DNA from: Armatimonadota bacterium
GTDB lineage: Bacteria; Armatimonadota; Fimbriimonadia; Fimbriimonadales; GBS-DC
NCBI GenBank assembly: GCA_037444405.1
Contig: JBBIML010000025.1
Span: forward strand, 1 to 39,312
Reading direction: 5' to 3'
DNA length: 39,312 nucleotides
Shown here: positions 15,542 through 25,577 of the stretch, in pieces
Layout: every line of letters starts with the position of its first letter
How positions within the stretch are numbered: position 1 is the stretch's first letter
Notes under the pieces: model-generated
Database searches by the model: none
Told to the model about the DNA's origin: nothing
What the model saw: only the letters and a program-made list of their open reading frames with translations
Made by a program: the position numbers and the translations under genes

Positions 15542-17245
15542 ATGAGAGCGAAGCGATTGATGGCAGGGATGATGGGCAGCGTGCTGGTGGCAACGACCCT
15601 TGCCCAGCCGCCACGCACGCCCGACGGACAGTTGTGGGCAGGAACGACCCTTACCTTGCAGGCGGTGGCAACAAGCGCATCGGGGCAGCCACTGAGCCTC
15701 TCCAACAGCGCTCAGGTACGGGTGGGGCAACTCGTGCGCTGGCAGTGGGAGTACGAATCCCCACCCTACCTGACCGTGCCATCAGGCGACGGCTGGTTCG
15801 TGGTGCTGGTGCGCAATAAGGGCAACGGTGTGGATACCCTGCGACTCAAAGCCACCACCAGCGAGGGCGTCGCCACCACCCCATGGCAAATCGATCTCTA
15901 CGAACAGCGGGATGCGAACGGCTTCTTTAATGAGGCAACCGGGATCGGGGATGAACTGAGCCTCTTTATGCCCTCCGAGAGTCGGCGTCTATTCATTCGG
16001 GTGCGTCCGCCGTCTGATCGAAACACCGATGGGGTCTTCCTTACCCTGAAGGCGATGGCGGTCAGCAACTCCCAGTGGCTGAACCCGCTGGAGTTTGTGG
16101 CGGGTGTAGAAGCCGCTGTCTCCGCGCATACTTCCACGTCCACATGGCAGAACTATCCCCTTGCATGTCCGCCCCAGCTGCTGAACGGGCGACTCTTCTG
16201 GCTCGCGGCGAGCGGCAGCGATGTGCGCCTCTTCTCGACCCCACAACCGCTCAGCACCAACAGCACCTTCCAGAACAACATTCGTTACGAGGCAAAAGTG
16301 ACGGGGCTGCTACCCAGCGGTCATGGCACAGTGGTGGGACCGCGCTGGTATCTGTTCAACACGCTGGGAGCGATCGCCTACTTCGACTGGACGCAGGCAA
16401 CTGGTGGCGTGTCGGTCACGGTTCAGTGGCTGCCGCTGAACGGGTTGCTGGCAAACCCGAATCTGCCCCTCCTCTCGGATGGCAGTCGTCTCTACTTCGC
16501 GCTGCCCAACCAGCATGTAGGTGTTTACGATCTGGCAACCAATGTGGTTCGGGTAGTTTTGTTCACCCGCACCAGCCCGATTGTACAGCTGCAGACCTTA
16601 CCGAATGGGCTGGTGTTTGTGGGGCGCGCCGATGGGCGCTTCGATCTGCTCTATCAGGGAGTAGCGCTGGTGCAGGGCGCTGCCACAGGCGGCTCTTCAG
16701 GTATTATCGGAGCCGCCTTAGATGAGCGGCGCGGCAATGTGATTATCGTGAGCGGTTCATGGGTCGGCTATTATAGTTTTCTGCGTAACCAGTGGCTCTG
16801 GCAAAGCGTCCTGCACGCGCCTGCCATCACCACACCCGCCTATGACACCCGAACGGATTGCGTCTATCTCCTCACCCAGGACGGCTGGCTCTATGCGCTG
16901 AACGCTTCTGCTGGCGACCTTTGCCCGCTCTATCCACAGCCCATTCTCACGGGCGCCGCCCTGATCAAAGCGAACATCGCTGTCGTCAACCGTTCCGACC
17001 GCAAGGTGTCGTATGTGTATGTGGCAGCCCAGTGGGCGGAGAACGGCACGCTCAAAACCCGCGTGATGTTCGTCACGGCAATCAACCCCTTCAATCGCTT
17101 CTATAGCCTTGATGTAGTGGACGGCGCATTGCTGGGCGATAGCCTGCTTTTCACGGGCGATGCGCCAGACGCGCTCTGCCTGGTCTGGTGCTGGAGCGGC
17201 AACGATCCCAATCGGGGTCGGTTCTACGGCTTTCGCCTGCGATAG
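15542..17245 (+). CDS. Secreted protein: Ig-like N-terminal domain plus PQQ-like beta-propeller
   Basis: Signal peptide from ATG 15542; VRNKGNGVDTLRL Ig-type motif; repeats such as TPAYD..VYLLTQDGWLYALNA. Confidence 0.7.
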   Translation: MRAKRLMAGMMGSVLVATTLAQPPRTPDGQLWAGTTLTLQAVATSASGQPLSLSNSAQVRVGQLVRWQWEYESPPYLTVPSGDGWFVVLVRNKGNGVDTLRLKATTSEGVATTPWQIDLYEQRDANGFFNEATGIGDELSLFMPSESRRLFIRVRPPSDRNTDGVFLTLKAMAVSNSQWLNPLEFVAGVEAAVSAHTSTSTWQNYPLACPPQLLNGRLFWLAASGSDVRLFSTPQPLSTNSTFQNNIRYEAKVTGLLPSGHGTVVGPRWYLFNTLGAIAYFDWTQATGGVSVTVQWLPLNGLLANPNLPLLSDGSRLYFALPNQHVGVYDLATNVVRVVLFTRTSPIVQLQTLPNGLVFVGRADGRFDLLYQGVALVQGAATGGSSGIIGAALDERRGNVIIVSGSWVGYYSFLRNQWLWQSVLHAPAITTPAYDTRTDCVYLLTQDGWLYALNASAGDLCPLYPQPILTGAALIKANIAVVNRSDRKVSYVYVAAQWAENGTLKTRVMFVTAINPFNRFYSLDVVDGALLGDSLLFTGDAPDALCLVWCWSGNDPNRGRFYGFRLR

Positions 17246-17275
17246 CTCGCCCCAGAAGAGGTATAGTTCGATTCC

Positions 17276-18205
17276 ATGTGGGCTATCGAGGCGCGGGGGC
17301 TGCGCAAGGTGTTCCGCCCGCTGATCGGGGGCAATCCCATCGTGGCGGTGGATAACCTTGACCTGCAGGTGCCGGTCGGCTGCGTGTTCGGCTTTCTGGG
17401 ACCCAACGGCGCGGGCAAGACCACCACCATCCAGATGCTGATCGGGAATGTGTATCCCACAGCGGGCAGGGCGTGGGTGCTGGGCTATCCTGCTGGCTCC
17501 ATCGCTGCCAAACGCCGACTCGGCTTTTTGCCCGAAAAGTTCCAGTTTCACGACTTTCTCACCGCCGAAGAGCTGCTGCGCCTGCACGGGCGCTTAGCCC
17601 GCATGGAGCGAGGTCAGCTCCAGCGGCGCATCGACGAGGTGCTGGAGCTGGTGGGGCTGGCGGAACGCCGCAAAAGCAAAATTCGCGAGTTCTCCAAAGG
17701 TATGCAACAGCGTATCGGGCTGGCGCAGGCTATTCTGCACGACCCCGACCTGGTGATTTTAGACGAGCCGACCTCTGCCCTCGACCCGCTGGGGCGACGG
17801 CGCGTGCGCGAGGTCATTCAGTACCTCAAACAGCGCGGCAAGACCGTGTTTCTCAACTCGCACCTGCTCTCTGAAGTGGAGCTGAGCTGCGACTATGTGG
17901 CGATTCTGAACAAAGGGCGCGTGGTGAAGCAGGGTCCGCTGGAGGAACTGCTGGTCAACCGTTCGGTGGTCACCATCGAGGTGAGCCAGATCACGCCTGC
18001 CATCCTGGAAGCCCTGCAGCGCGTCGCCCGCAAGGTGCAGCCGCTCGATGGGCGGCGCATCATGGCGGAGGTGGAGCAGGAGCAGCAGGTGCCCGAGCTG
18101 GCGCGCGCGGTGGTGGCGGCAGGTGGCGAACTCTGGAGCTTTCAGGCACAGCGCGAAACGCTCGAAGACCTCTTCATCCAGACCATCGAGGAGGAGGGCA
18201 AGTAG
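17276..18205 (+). CDS. ABC transporter ATP-binding protein (ABC-2 type)
   Basis: GPNGAGKTT, FSKGMQQR, ILDEP, SH. Confidence 0.95.
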   Translation: MWAIEARGLRKVFRPLIGGNPIVAVDNLDLQVPVGCVFGFLGPNGAGKTTTIQMLIGNVYPTAGRAWVLGYPAGSIAAKRRLGFLPEKFQFHDFLTAEELLRLHGRLARMERGQLQRRIDEVLELVGLAERRKSKIREFSKGMQQRIGLAQAILHDPDLVILDEPTSALDPLGRRRVREVIQYLKQRGKTVFLNSHLLSEVELSCDYVAILNKGRVVKQGPLEELLVNRSVVTIEVSQITPAILEALQRVARKVQPLDGRRIMAEVEQEQQVPELARAVVAAGGELWSFQAQRETLEDLFIQTIEEEGK

Positions 18206-18207
18206 CA

Positions 18208-19047
18208 ATGCTCACGATTACCATGCTGACCATTCAGGAGGCGTTGCGCCGTCGCGCCTTTATCGGCACGCTCATACTGCTCGTTGCCTTCTACGGGCTG
18301 AGCTTCCTGCCGAAAGCGTTCCATCAGGCGTTCGGCGGCAGACCCGAAAGCTTCGAGATGGGTGTCAATCTGATGATTCTGTTCGGCGTCGATATCATCA
18401 AATTCTTCTCGTCGGTGCTGGCGATACTGCTGTGCGCGGGCGCCATCACCAGCGATATTGAGCGAGGCTATCTGGCGGCGATCCTACCGCGCCCGCTGCA
18501 CCGCTTCGAGCTGTTTGTGGGCAAGTGGCTGGGTGTGATGCTCTTTTGTGGCGCGAATGTGGTGGTGTGGACAGCGATGCTGTGGCTGTCGGTCGCGTTG
18601 CAGACGAAGCCGCGCGCGGAGATGTGGCATGCACTGCCGTGGGTGCTACTCTACCCTATGCTGTATGGCACGCTGGCGATGGCGCTCTCCAGCTTCTGCA
18701 GCGCCGCGATTGCGTCGATGCTTACCGTGGCGGCGGGCGCGTTCGCCTACTTTGCGGACCATTTCCTGCGCCCGCTTGCCGCCTTTTTTGATGTGAAGCT
18801 GTTGCAGACAGTGGTCTATCTGTCGGAGTGGGTGGTGCCGATGGCGGTGCTGAAGCGGCTGGTGCAGGCACGGGTGGACACGCTCGTGCCGCCTGGCATG
18901 GACGACGCGCCGCCATTCGGCAGCGAGGCGGTGCTGATGTTCCTCAAGCCGCCCGTGCGCGCGTTAGATATAACCTATGTTCTGCTTTACATCGTCATCG
19001 CGCTGATTGTGGGACTGATCATTTTTCAGCGGCGCGATGTGCAATAA
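18208..19047 (+). CDS. ABC-2 transporter permease
   Basis: About 6 TM helices, DIERG...RPL.R...GKWLG, C-terminal FQRRDV. Confidence 0.9.
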   Translation: MLTITMLTIQEALRRRAFIGTLILLVAFYGLSFLPKAFHQAFGGRPESFEMGVNLMILFGVDIIKFFSSVLAILLCAGAITSDIERGYLAAILPRPLHRFELFVGKWLGVMLFCGANVVVWTAMLWLSVALQTKPRAEMWHALPWVLLYPMLYGTLAMALSSFCSAAIASMLTVAAGAFAYFADHFLRPLAAFFDVKLLQTVVYLSEWVVPMAVLKRLVQARVDTLVPPGMDDAPPFGSEAVLMFLKPPVRALDITYVLLYIVIALIVGLIIFQRRDVQ

Positions 19048-19049
19048 GT

Positions 19050-19811
19050 CTATCCCCCTGCCACTTTGCCCATGCGCTTCATCGCCTCAAAGCAGAGGCG
19101 GATGGTCTCCAGCGGCGGATGGGCATAGGTCTCCTGCTCCATGATGTACCACTCGGTGCCGCCGACGGTCTCGCACGCCTCAAAGAAGTCGCTCCAGTTC
19201 ACCTCGCCCTCGCCGATGACCGCGCTGGGGTTCGTGCGCGAGAACTCCTTCACATGCACCGTGACGGCGCGACCGGGATATTTGCGCACGAAGGGCGCCG
19301 CCTCTGCGCCGCCGTGCAGCGCGTTGCCCGTGTCGATCTGCATAATCACATCGGGGCGGGTGCGGCTGAAAAAGATGTCCCACGGCAGCTCGCCCTCCAG
19401 CGGCTCGAACTCGATCCAGTGGTTGTGATAGCCTGTGCGGAAGCCGTAAGGCTCCAGCCGCGCAGCGATTTGATTGAACAGCTCGGCGGTCTCTATCCAC
19501 TTCTGACGCGAACTGCGATACACTTCGGGCAGTCCCGGCACGATGAGATAGGGGCAGCCGAGCGTCTGATGGAACTCGAGGGTGCGTTCGAAGTTGTCGC
19601 CCAGCAGCTGGTCGATGCCGATGTGCGTGCCGCAGCAGAGCAGACCGTTATCGTCCAGCATCTGGCGCAGCGTTTTCGCGTCGTAGCCGTAGTAGCCCGC
19701 GAACTCGACGCCCGCGTAGCCGATTCGGGCAATCGCCCTGAGCGTGCCAGGCAGATCGCGCTGGCAATCCTCCCGTACCGAATAGAGCTGAACACCCACT
19801 TTGATACTCAT
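19050..19811 (-). CDS. Sugar phosphate isomerase/epimerase (TIM barrel)
   Basis: QLYSVRE, GVEFAG, GYHNH, QIDTGN, HVKE, EQE; SD GGAGGA upstream of ATG 19811. Confidence 0.9.
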   Translation of the reverse strand: MSIKVGVQLYSVREDCQRDLPGTLRAIARIGYAGVEFAGYYGYDAKTLRQMLDDNGLLCCGTHIGIDQLLGDNFERTLEFHQTLGCPYLIVPGLPEVYRSSRQKWIETAELFNQIAARLEPYGFRTGYHNHWIEFEPLEGELPWDIFFSRTRPDVIMQIDTGNALHGGAEAAPFVRKYPGRAVTVHVKEFSRTNPSAVIGEGEVNWSDFFEACETVGGTEWYIMEQETYAHPPLETIRLCFEAMKRMGKVAGG

Positions 19812-19829
19812 CGGTTTTCCTCCATGATA

Positions 19830-19858
19830 TGGACTGCGGAAGCGCAGCTTCCGCACTC
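19830..19858. repeat. REP-like hairpin (GGAC/GGAG-footed)
   Basis: TGGAC-TGCGGAAGC-GCA-GCTTCCGCA; 22/25 identical to 38201-38225. Confidence 0.65.
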
Positions 19859-19862
19859 AGAC

Positions 19863-21002
19863 TTATGCCCGCTGATCGATGGGCACGAACGGCAGGTCGC
19901 GCGGGCCGGTGTAGTCGCTGCGCGGGCGAATGAGGCGATTATCGTCGTGCTGTTCGATCACATGCGCGGTCCAGCCGACGATGCGCGCAGCGGCGAAGAT
20001 GGGCGTGTAGAGCGGGATGGGAATGCCCATCAGGTAGTAGACGACGGCGGCGGGGAAGTCCACATTCGGGTGCAGGTTCTTCTCGCGCAGCATCACGCGC
20101 TCCATCGTCTCCTGAATTTCGAACAGGTCCATCCGCCCTGCCTGCTCCGCGAGCTGGCGCACATAGGCTTTGAGGATGACAGCACGGGTGTCACCCGTTT
20201 TGTATTCGCGGTGTCCGAAGCCCATGATGCGCTCTTTGCGGGCGAGCTTTTCCATGACCCAGCTCTCGGCGCGATCGGGCGAGCCAATCTCGAGGATGCT
20301 CTCCATCGCGGCTTCATTCGCGCCGCCGTGCAGGGAACCGCGCAGGGCGCCAATCGCGCCCACCACCGCCGAGTACATGTCCGCCAGCGTGGAGGCAATC
20401 ACATGCGCAGTGAAAGTCGAGGCGTTGTAGCCATGTTCGGCGTAGAGGATGAAGGTGAGGTTCATCACGCGCGCATGCAGCGGGTCTGGCTCGCGCCCAA
20501 AGAGCATATAAAGGAAGTTGCTGGCGTGTGGCATGCCGGGCTTTGGCGGCACTGGCTCCTGACCCTGCACGATGCGGTAGCCGTTCGCCACCAGTGTGGG
20601 CATGCAGGCGGTCAGCCGAATCGCTTTTTGCAGGTTTGCCTCATGCGTGTTCACATCGGCTTGCGGGTCGAGCATGCCGAGCGTGGCGACGCCGACCTGC
20701 AACATCGCCATCAGGTTCGCACCCGACGGCAGCGCGCGCAGCACCCGATAGACCTCGTTCGGCAGTTCCCGGTGCTGTTCCAGCTGCGCCTTAAAATCGT
20801 TCAGTTCCTGACGGTTCGGCAGCCTGCCCAGCAGGATGAGATAGGCGACCTCTTCGAACTCACAGTTTGCCGCCAGATCGCGAATGTCGTACCCGCGATA
20901 GATGAGGCGGTTCTGCTCCGCGATAATATCTGAAATCTGGCTGATACCCGCCGTTACGCCTTCAAGCCCGGGTCGGTACGGAATAATCTCCCTGTCGCTC
21001 AT
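19863..21002 (-). CDS. Citrate / 2-methylcitrate synthase
   Basis: GLEGV, LIYRGY, EHGYNASTF, LHGGANE, GFGHR, PNVDF, RPRS.Y; SD GGGAGG. Confidence 0.95.
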   Translation of the reverse strand: MSDREIIPYRPGLEGVTAGISQISDIIAEQNRLIYRGYDIRDLAANCEFEEVAYLILLGRLPNRQELNDFKAQLEQHRELPNEVYRVLRALPSGANLMAMLQVGVATLGMLDPQADVNTHEANLQKAIRLTACMPTLVANGYRIVQGQEPVPPKPGMPHASNFLYMLFGREPDPLHARVMNLTFILYAEHGYNASTFTAHVIASTLADMYSAVVGAIGALRGSLHGGANEAAMESILEIGSPDRAESWVMEKLARKERIMGFGHREYKTGDTRAVILKAYVRQLAEQAGRMDLFEIQETMERVMLREKNLHPNVDFPAAVVYYLMGIPIPLYTPIFAAARIVGWTAHVIEQHDDNRLIRPRSDYTGPRDLPFVPIDQRA

Positions 21003-21072
21003 AGTTGCCTCCCTTGTAGGCAGGCGCCCTTGCCCTGCTGTCAGGAGTATACCCGATTAACCGACTCGCAGG

Positions 21073-22746
21073 TCAACAGCCGGCACCGAACTGGAAAAGC
21101 ACGGTGAGCATGTCGCTATCATCGACAACGCCATCCATGTTCACATCTTCAGGAAGGAACATCCCCATCCGTCCGAAGGCGAACAGTACCGCCAGCAGGT
21201 CGCTGTCATCCACGCAGCCGCTGCGGTCCACATCGCCCTGCAGGGGTGCGGCTTCCGTATCGAGCGCGTAGTGAACCCGTGCAGCGAGCAGACCACCCTG
21301 ATTGAGCGGCGCACTCCACTGGAACGCGCCCGTTAAATCGCCTTCAAAGGGCATGGTTCCATCGCTCAGCGTGGTGGGCGTCGAATCGGTCAGTGCGAGC
21401 AAGGTCTGCGGATAGGACGTCGCTTCCCAGTGTGCCGGGCTGGGGAACGGAGTGAGGTAGGCATAATGCCCATTCGCGCCCTGAACCCGGATGCGCTGCT
21501 CTCGCCACTCCGCTAGGTTGGTGGCAGAACCGCCCACATCGGGGTCAAAGTAGTGGAACAGATGGAGCGTGATGCGCTCGCTGCGCAGATTGTAAGCATA
21601 GAGCGCGCACTCCAGAATGCTGCCGCCCGCCGCAAGCGCACGCAGCTCATAGCGGAACGCCATGAACAACCCATCTGGCTCCTGATAGACGAGAAAGGCG
21701 CGGTTCGGCTCCTCCTGCCCGACCATGTTCAGCGTGGACGGTGTGTATTCCCTGCCATTGATACCCTGCAGACGATACCACCAGCCCATCTGGAACAGGT
21801 GGTCGGCGCCGCCGTACAGCCAGTCGGCATTATTGCTGGGGACGCGGTCGCGCCCCCCTGTGAGACCACGCAGCCGAAATAGTGTGCCCCCATCCTGGAG
21901 AGTGATCTCCGAGGGCAATTCCGCCAGAATTTGCAGCCGATAATAGCCGCCCCATCGACCATAGGCGCGCACTTCAACCACATATGTGCCCACGCCGCCC
22001 AGCGGGATGTAGACCTCCGACGCAGAGCCGTTAAGGGTGTCCCAGGACGAGTCGTCATTTTCATAAACAGTGCCATCAGGCGCGATAACCTGCAGCACCG
22101 TATCGATGCAGGTCACGGTACGAATGCGCAGCCCCGAGATGGGCATCGCGCTTGTGAAGAGATAGACATCCACATCGCCGCCGCCATAGGCGCTGAAACC
22201 GACATCGGAAAACAGTTCACCGCCTGTGAAAGCGCCCAGCCAGACGCCCTGATCTGCGTCGTTATTGGGTTCGGTCAGGTCGGCATCCGGTGCCTGCACA
22301 CCCGGAAAAAGGCGCAGTGCATAGCGGCAGATGCCGCTCCCGAAAACATAACGCACCTCCACCACATAATCGCCTGGCTCCAGCGCAAGGCTGAGTCCCG
22401 AAGCCATCGCGTTCGGGATGTCGGGATTGCCGCCGTTATCGTTGCTGGCAATCAGTGTGCCCGCACTATTGTAGAGATTCAGCACCGTGTCGCGGTTGGT
22501 GTCCACACGCAGCGAATAGACGCCGCTTTCGTCCACGCGGAACTGGTAATAGTCACGGTCGCCAGCGGGTGAGATAGTTGCAGGATAGACCACCACACCG
22601 CGCGAGGCGTTCAGCGACGGACTGAGAATCTGCGGCGCGGTAGGAGAACTGTTCGGCTCCTGCTCCGCTACCAGCACCATCTGAATTTGAGCATCCGCCC
22701 ACACCATCACACACAGCGTGCCTGCCAGAATCGAAGAGAAACGCAT
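21073..22746 (-). CDS. Secreted protein with PPC-like domains and C-terminal dockerin-like domain ending in GC
   Basis: Signal peptide; two EQEPN/TEPN..D.DYY/D.DVY..DTVL..NDN/NDD repeats; C-terminal GDVDRSGCVDDSDLLAVLFAFG..DVNMDGVVDDSDMLTVLFQFGAGC. Confidence 0.8.
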   Translation of the reverse strand: MRFSSILAGTLCVMVWADAQIQMVLVAEQEPNSSPTAPQILSPSLNASRGVVVYPATISPAGDRDYYQFRVDESGVYSLRVDTNRDTVLNLYNSAGTLIASNDNGGNPDIPNAMASGLSLALEPGDYVVEVRYVFGSGICRYALRLFPGVQAPDADLTEPNNDADQGVWLGAFTGGELFSDVGFSAYGGGDVDVYLFTSAMPISGLRIRTVTCIDTVLQVIAPDGTVYENDDSSWDTLNGSASEVYIPLGGVGTYVVEVRAYGRWGGYYRLQILAELPSEITLQDGGTLFRLRGLTGGRDRVPSNNADWLYGGADHLFQMGWWYRLQGINGREYTPSTLNMVGQEEPNRAFLVYQEPDGLFMAFRYELRALAAGGSILECALYAYNLRSERITLHLFHYFDPDVGGSATNLAEWREQRIRVQGANGHYAYLTPFPSPAHWEATSYPQTLLALTDSTPTTLSDGTMPFEGDLTGAFQWSAPLNQGGLLAARVHYALDTEAAPLQGDVDRSGCVDDSDLLAVLFAFGRMGMFLPEDVNMDGVVDDSDMLTVLFQFGAGC

Positions 22747-22787
22747 GGCGATTTTCTCCTTTCGCCCCAGCGGGTTAATTATACCTT

Positions 22788-22814
22788 GCAGGAGTCTCGG
22801 AGTGCGTCGCGAAC
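22788..22814 (+). promoter_or_regulatory. SigH/Spo0H-like promoter
   Basis: GCAGGA-N17-GAAC, 13 nt before ATG 22828. Confidence 0.55.
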
Positions 22815-22827
22815 AGGGATATTTGCG

Positions 22828-24138
22828 ATGAAGGAGCGAGCGAGTTCAGATATGGGCGCGACTCTTTCGCGGCGTGAGTTTGTGCGGGGTGCGGTCGGGT
22901 TAGGCGCGACCATCGCGCTTGGCGCGCTGCCCGTCGAACTGTTTGCGCACGCGGCGGGTTCCGACACACTTAAAGTCGGGCTGATTGGCTGTGGTGGGCG
23001 TGGCACGGGCGCAGCGATGGACTGCCTGCGTGCCGACGAGGGCGTGGTCATCCACGCGCTGGGCGATGTGTTCCAGGATCGGCTCGACGCCTGTCGCGAG
23101 GGGCTGAAAGCCGAGTTTGGCGCACGCGCCGATGTGCCCGCCACGCGCTGCTTTATCGGGCTGGACGCCTATCAGCATGTGATCAACAGCGGGGTAGATA
23201 TTGTGCTGCTCTGCACGCCGCCGGCGTTCCGCCCCATCCACTTTCTGGCGGCTGTCGAAGCGGGCAAGCATGTGTTTATGGAGAAGCCTGTCGCCGTGTG
23301 CCCGGAGGGTGTGCGCATGATTTTGCGCGGCGCGGAAATCGCCCGCCAGAAAAGGCTCGGCGTTGTGCCCGGCACCCAGTATCGCCACCATCCGGGCTAC
23401 ATCGGGGTCATCGAGCGCATCCGTGAGGGGCATATCGGCACGATTCGCGCCGCCTATGCCTATTACCTCGCGGGCAGCCCGGGCGTCAAACCGCGCCAGC
23501 CCAACTGGAGCGATCTGGAATATCAACTGCGCAACTGGCTCTTCTACATCTGGCTGTCGGGCGATCAGCCTGTGGAGCAGTTCGTGCATAACATCGATGT
23601 GATGAACTGGGTGATGGGCAGCGTGCCGGTCAAAGCGCTGGCGATGGGCGGACGACAGGTGCGCACTGCGCCCGAATACGGCAATGTGTACGACCACTTC
23701 GCCATCGAGTACGAATATCCCGGCGGCGTCAGGGTGCTGGCGATGTGCCGCCAGATGGACAACACCACCTTCAAGGTGTCCAACACAGTGGTCGGCACAG
23801 AAGGCGAGGCGCTGCTGGAGCAGTTCACCCACTTCTATGTGCGCGGCAAGGTGAGCTGGGAGCCTGGCACCGACTGGCCGAACCCCTATGTGCTGGAGCA
23901 TCGCGACCTGATCCAGAGCATTCGGCGGGGCGAGCCGATCAACGAGGCGAAGCGTATCGCGGAAAGCACGCTCACCGCCATCATGGGGCGCATGTCGGCT
24001 TACACAGGCAAGGAGGTCAGCTGGGAGCAGGCGATGAACTCCCAACTGAATCTGGTGGAGCGGGCAATGAATGCTCGCTTCGACGCGCCGCTGCCGGTGG
24101 ACCCCGTGCCGATGCCCGGCAAAACGCCCCTGATTTGA
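22828..24138 (+). CDS. Gfo/Idh/MocA family oxidoreductase with Tat signal
   Basis: SRREFV signal; GLIGCGGRG, EKP, GTQYR, EQFVHNIDV. Start 22828 or 22852. Confidence 0.92.
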   Translation: MKERASSDMGATLSRREFVRGAVGLGATIALGALPVELFAHAAGSDTLKVGLIGCGGRGTGAAMDCLRADEGVVIHALGDVFQDRLDACREGLKAEFGARADVPATRCFIGLDAYQHVINSGVDIVLLCTPPAFRPIHFLAAVEAGKHVFMEKPVAVCPEGVRMILRGAEIARQKRLGVVPGTQYRHHPGYIGVIERIREGHIGTIRAAYAYYLAGSPGVKPRQPNWSDLEYQLRNWLFYIWLSGDQPVEQFVHNIDVMNWVMGSVPVKALAMGGRQVRTAPEYGNVYDHFAIEYEYPGGVRVLAMCRQMDNTTFKVSNTVVGTEGEALLEQFTHFYVRGKVSWEPGTDWPNPYVLEHRDLIQSIRRGEPINEAKRIAESTLTAIMGRMSAYTGKEVSWEQAMNSQLNLVERAMNARFDAPLPVDPVPMPGKTPLI

Positions 24139-24145
24139 ATCGGCA

Positions 24146-24170
24146 AGCCTGGGCATCCTGCCCAGGCTAC
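24146..24170 (-). repeat. GTAG-type REP-like palindrome
   Basis: Minus strand GTAGCCTGGGCA-GGA-TGCCCAGGCT, just after the oxidoreductase stop codon. Confidence 0.65.
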
Positions 24171-24212
24171 GGTTCCGAAGCAACGCTGGCGAAGGAGAAC
24201 CGTCGAATCGAG

Positions 24213-25571
24213 ATGATGAAGCAAATCGGGCTGTGGGCACTGGCGCTCTGTCTGCTGATGGCAGGCTGTGGCAAGCAGCAGAAGGTCGGCATTATTTCAG
24301 GCACCGTCACCGATGTGGAGGGCAACCCGGTGGCGAACGCCGAAGTGATTGCGCAGGGCAACCTCGTCAGCTCCACCCGCACGCTCCACAACGGCACTTT
24401 TTATCTGACGAATGTGCCAGAAGGCTTCACGCCCATCATCGCGCGCGCCCGCATCAACGGCACGGAATACACCGGGCGCCAGATCGCGCAGGTGTTCCCC
24501 AACGAGCAGAGCAAGAACATCAACATCATGATCGCGCCTGCGGACCAGCAGGGTTCGGTAGAGGGCTTCGTGCGCGACCCGCTGGGAAGGGGTATCGAGC
24601 GAGCGCGCGTGTTCGCAGGTGGCGCATTGAGCAGCGCGCTCGCCATCACCGACCGCAACGGCTACTATCGCATCGACGGGCTGCCATCGGGCTACGAGTA
24701 CCCGATTGTCGCCTCTGCACCGGGCTATGAGAACGACCGCCGCACGGTGGTGATCCGCGCCCGCGAGACCAGCATCATGAGTTTCACACTGAACTATTCG
24801 AACAATCGCCCGGTGAACGCGCCACAGAATCTGACGGCGACGGCGTGGACGATGCCGCGGGCGCTTGCCGCCACGCGCGACAGTCGCCAGTTGCGTGCCT
24901 ATAACGCGATTCGCGCGCTGTTCGATGAGCGCCTTCGCAATCGCCCGCTGCGTCCACCGTCCCGCGCTAACGGCGACTACTGGATCGAGATCGACCTCTC
25001 GTGGGATTTTGAGCAGCAGATCAGCCTGCTGGGCTACGGCATCTATCGCGGGCGCACGCAGGCGGAGCTGCAAGAAAATGCGATTGCCTTCCTGCGCGAC
25101 CCGTTAGCGGACTTCTTCGCCGATTTAGACCCTGCCCTGCAGCCGAATGTGACCTACTACTACGAGATGGTCGCGCTCAACACCGACTTTCTGGACGATC
25201 TGCCCGGTTCCTCTTCGGAACGCAGCAATCGGGCGGCGGCGCGACCGTTTGTGCCGATTCTGATTACGGCGCCGCTCCCCGACGAAAGGGTCGATAGGCG
25301 CTCGCTGATTATCTCGTGGACGCCTGTCGAGCGCGCTGACTACTATCTGGTGCTGATTTATGACCGTTTCCCCGACTATCAGGTTCAGCCGTTTTATCCG
25401 TCGGACCTGAGTAATCCGGGGGCGGCGAAGGTGTTCGCGCCGAACACGAGCCTGGTGTACACGGGACCGCCCTTCATTCCGGGGCGCAACTATTACATCG
25501 TGGTGCTGGCGTTCAGCAACGATAAGTCAACCCGCGCCATCAGCCCGCTGGTGACGGTGCGAGCGCTGTGA
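24213..25571 (+). CDS. Lipoprotein with carboxypeptidase-regulatory-like and FN3-like domains
   Basis: Lipobox MAGC; GIISGTVTD...G.F.L.NVP, GSVEGFVRD...NGYYRIDGLP; APQNLTA..LSWD..GYGIYR..TYYYEM. Confidence 0.82.
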   Translation: MMKQIGLWALALCLLMAGCGKQQKVGIISGTVTDVEGNPVANAEVIAQGNLVSSTRTLHNGTFYLTNVPEGFTPIIARARINGTEYTGRQIAQVFPNEQSKNINIMIAPADQQGSVEGFVRDPLGRGIERARVFAGGALSSALAITDRNGYYRIDGLPSGYEYPIVASAPGYENDRRTVVIRARETSIMSFTLNYSNNRPVNAPQNLTATAWTMPRALAATRDSRQLRAYNAIRALFDERLRNRPLRPPSRANGDYWIEIDLSWDFEQQISLLGYGIYRGRTQAELQENAIAFLRDPLADFFADLDPALQPNVTYYYEMVALNTDFLDDLPGSSSERSNRAAARPFVPILITAPLPDERVDRRSLIISWTPVERADYYLVLIYDRFPDYQVQPFYPSDLSNPGAAKVFAPNTSLVYTGPPFIPGRNYYIVVLAFSNDKSTRAISPLVTVRAL

Positions 25572-25577
25572 AGAGGG

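Noticed and set aside
18828..20933. 701-aa plus-strand ORF (also 5234-7024, 7578-9119, 9710-11485)
   Set aside because: Antisense shadows of well-supported genes, expected in GC-rich DNA; no recognisable motifs.
21016..21038. GTAG-REP upstream of the citrate synthase gene
   Set aside because: The palindrome is weak and lies between a TATACT box and the SD, so it is more simply a 5' UTR.
23745..24212. N-terminal extension of the lipoprotein ORF, or a frameshift fusion with the oxidoreductase
   Set aside because: The oxidoreductase ends normally at 24138 and the lipoprotein signal begins at ATG 24213.
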